The notes under the pieces are model-generated. The model searched no databases and was not told where the DNA came from. It saw nothing but the letters and a program-made list of their open reading frames with translations. 24,688 nt of DNA from a virus. Its lineage: Duplodnaviria; Caudoviricetes. Shown one piece after another: positions 23,960-24,688 of the stretch (position 1 is its first letter; every line of letters begins with the position of its first letter). The translations under genes were made by a program, and so were the position numbers. Location of the stretch: IMG/VR virus record IMGVR_UViG_3300027419_000190, positions 1-24,688 of that record, one strand, 5' to 3'.

Positions 23960-24088
23960 CAGTATAATATTTCAATGTTATATTTTGGCTGTGTTAAGCC
24001 AGTATTGCACACTAAAAAAATGGCACAATTATTTTTGACACATTGAAAAATGTATTTTTTTGGTATATGTTTGTAATATAATTGTAAC

Positions 24089-24115
24089 AAAAAAAACTGA
24101 TAAAAAATATCAGTT
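24089..24115 (-). terminator. possible weak rho-independent terminator
   Basis: Stem AACTGATA/TATCAGTT followed by a T-run on the minus strand; the stem is AT-rich. Confidence 0.45.
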
Positions 24116-24266
24116 CTAAAATTATGAAATTATATAACAACACAACTTTATATTTTGTCAAATTATATTTTTTCGGATATTTTGCCAATAAACCCCAGAA
24201 GCGAACAAAATAACGGGATGCAGATTATTTTTTCAATAGATACGGACAGCGGTCTGGAAGGAAATT

Positions 24267-24635
24267 TCAGCCCATATAACCACTCATTGAACGCTCATTC
24301 TCTTTTATCCTGATAAATTTATTTGACGCCCTAATTATTTGCACAGTCGCTTTCTCAAGTGCCTGGGCTTTTTTTAAGTCCCGGTATTCATCACTCCTCC
24401 GGGCAATCATTTCAATCTTGTTGGTAGGTTTCTCAAAATCCTTATCCAATTCAGCACCCAATAACTGTTGATAAGCATTTTCTTTGTCTGCAATATGAGC
24501 TGTAAGATTGGCGTATAAGCAACTCAACTCTATTATTTTCTCTGATAAAGTAACCGGGTCATAGTTATTTTTGCTGGCCTCGATTTCGTTGATTAGCCCC
24601 CATATAAGAGAACTAATTGTCTTTTTTTCATTCAT
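24267..24635 (-). CDS. hypothetical helical/coiled-coil protein
   Basis: 122-aa ORF, predicted all-alpha; no diagnostic motif. Confidence 0.65.
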   Translation of the reverse strand: MNEKKTISSLIWGLINEIEASKNNYDPVTLSEKIIELSCLYANLTAHIADKENAYQQLLGAELDKDFEKPTNKIEMIARRSDEYRDLKKAQALEKATVQIIRASNKFIRIKENERSMSGYMG

Positions 24636-24688
24636 ACTTTTATTCTCATTATTTTTTTACACCATTTACACTCGTGGGTATAGTATTT

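Noticed and set aside
24267-24635. UvsY-like recombination mediator call for the 122-aa protein
   Set aside because: The resemblance is only general size and helical pattern; no diagnostic motif can be confirmed without a profile search.
1-24688. Alternative genetic code (stop-codon reassignment)
   Set aside because: Genes tile densely under the standard code, and TAA, TAG and TGA all occur at sensible gene ends and overlaps.

Overview
The window is a piece of a dsDNA tailed phage (Caudoviricetes) genome. All credible genes lie on the minus strand and use the standard genetic code. In transcription order (right to left) it contains: small early-type genes with sigma70-like promoters and terminators; a ~700-bp non-coding region with G-tracts and a 28-bp dif-like site; a Zn-finger gene; terminase small and large subunits; portal, scaffold, putative capsid cement protein and major capsid protein; and three free-standing HNH endonucleases scattered through the module. 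Directly after the head genes is a protein with a 184-aa strictly alternating Ser-X (mucin/SRRP-like) tract. It is followed by a tightly coupled ~10.4-kb glycan cluster: 8 putative glycosyltransferases, 4 SAM methyltransferases, a polysaccharide deacetylase, an asparagine-synthase-like ATP pyrophosphatase and an SDR epimerase. Two of the glycosyltransferases carry motifs resembling polypeptide GalNAc-transferases (GT27). The leading hypothesis (inference) is a phage-encoded, mucin-like O-glycosylation system that decorates the virion. All family calls come from motifs recognised by eye; no database searches were run.
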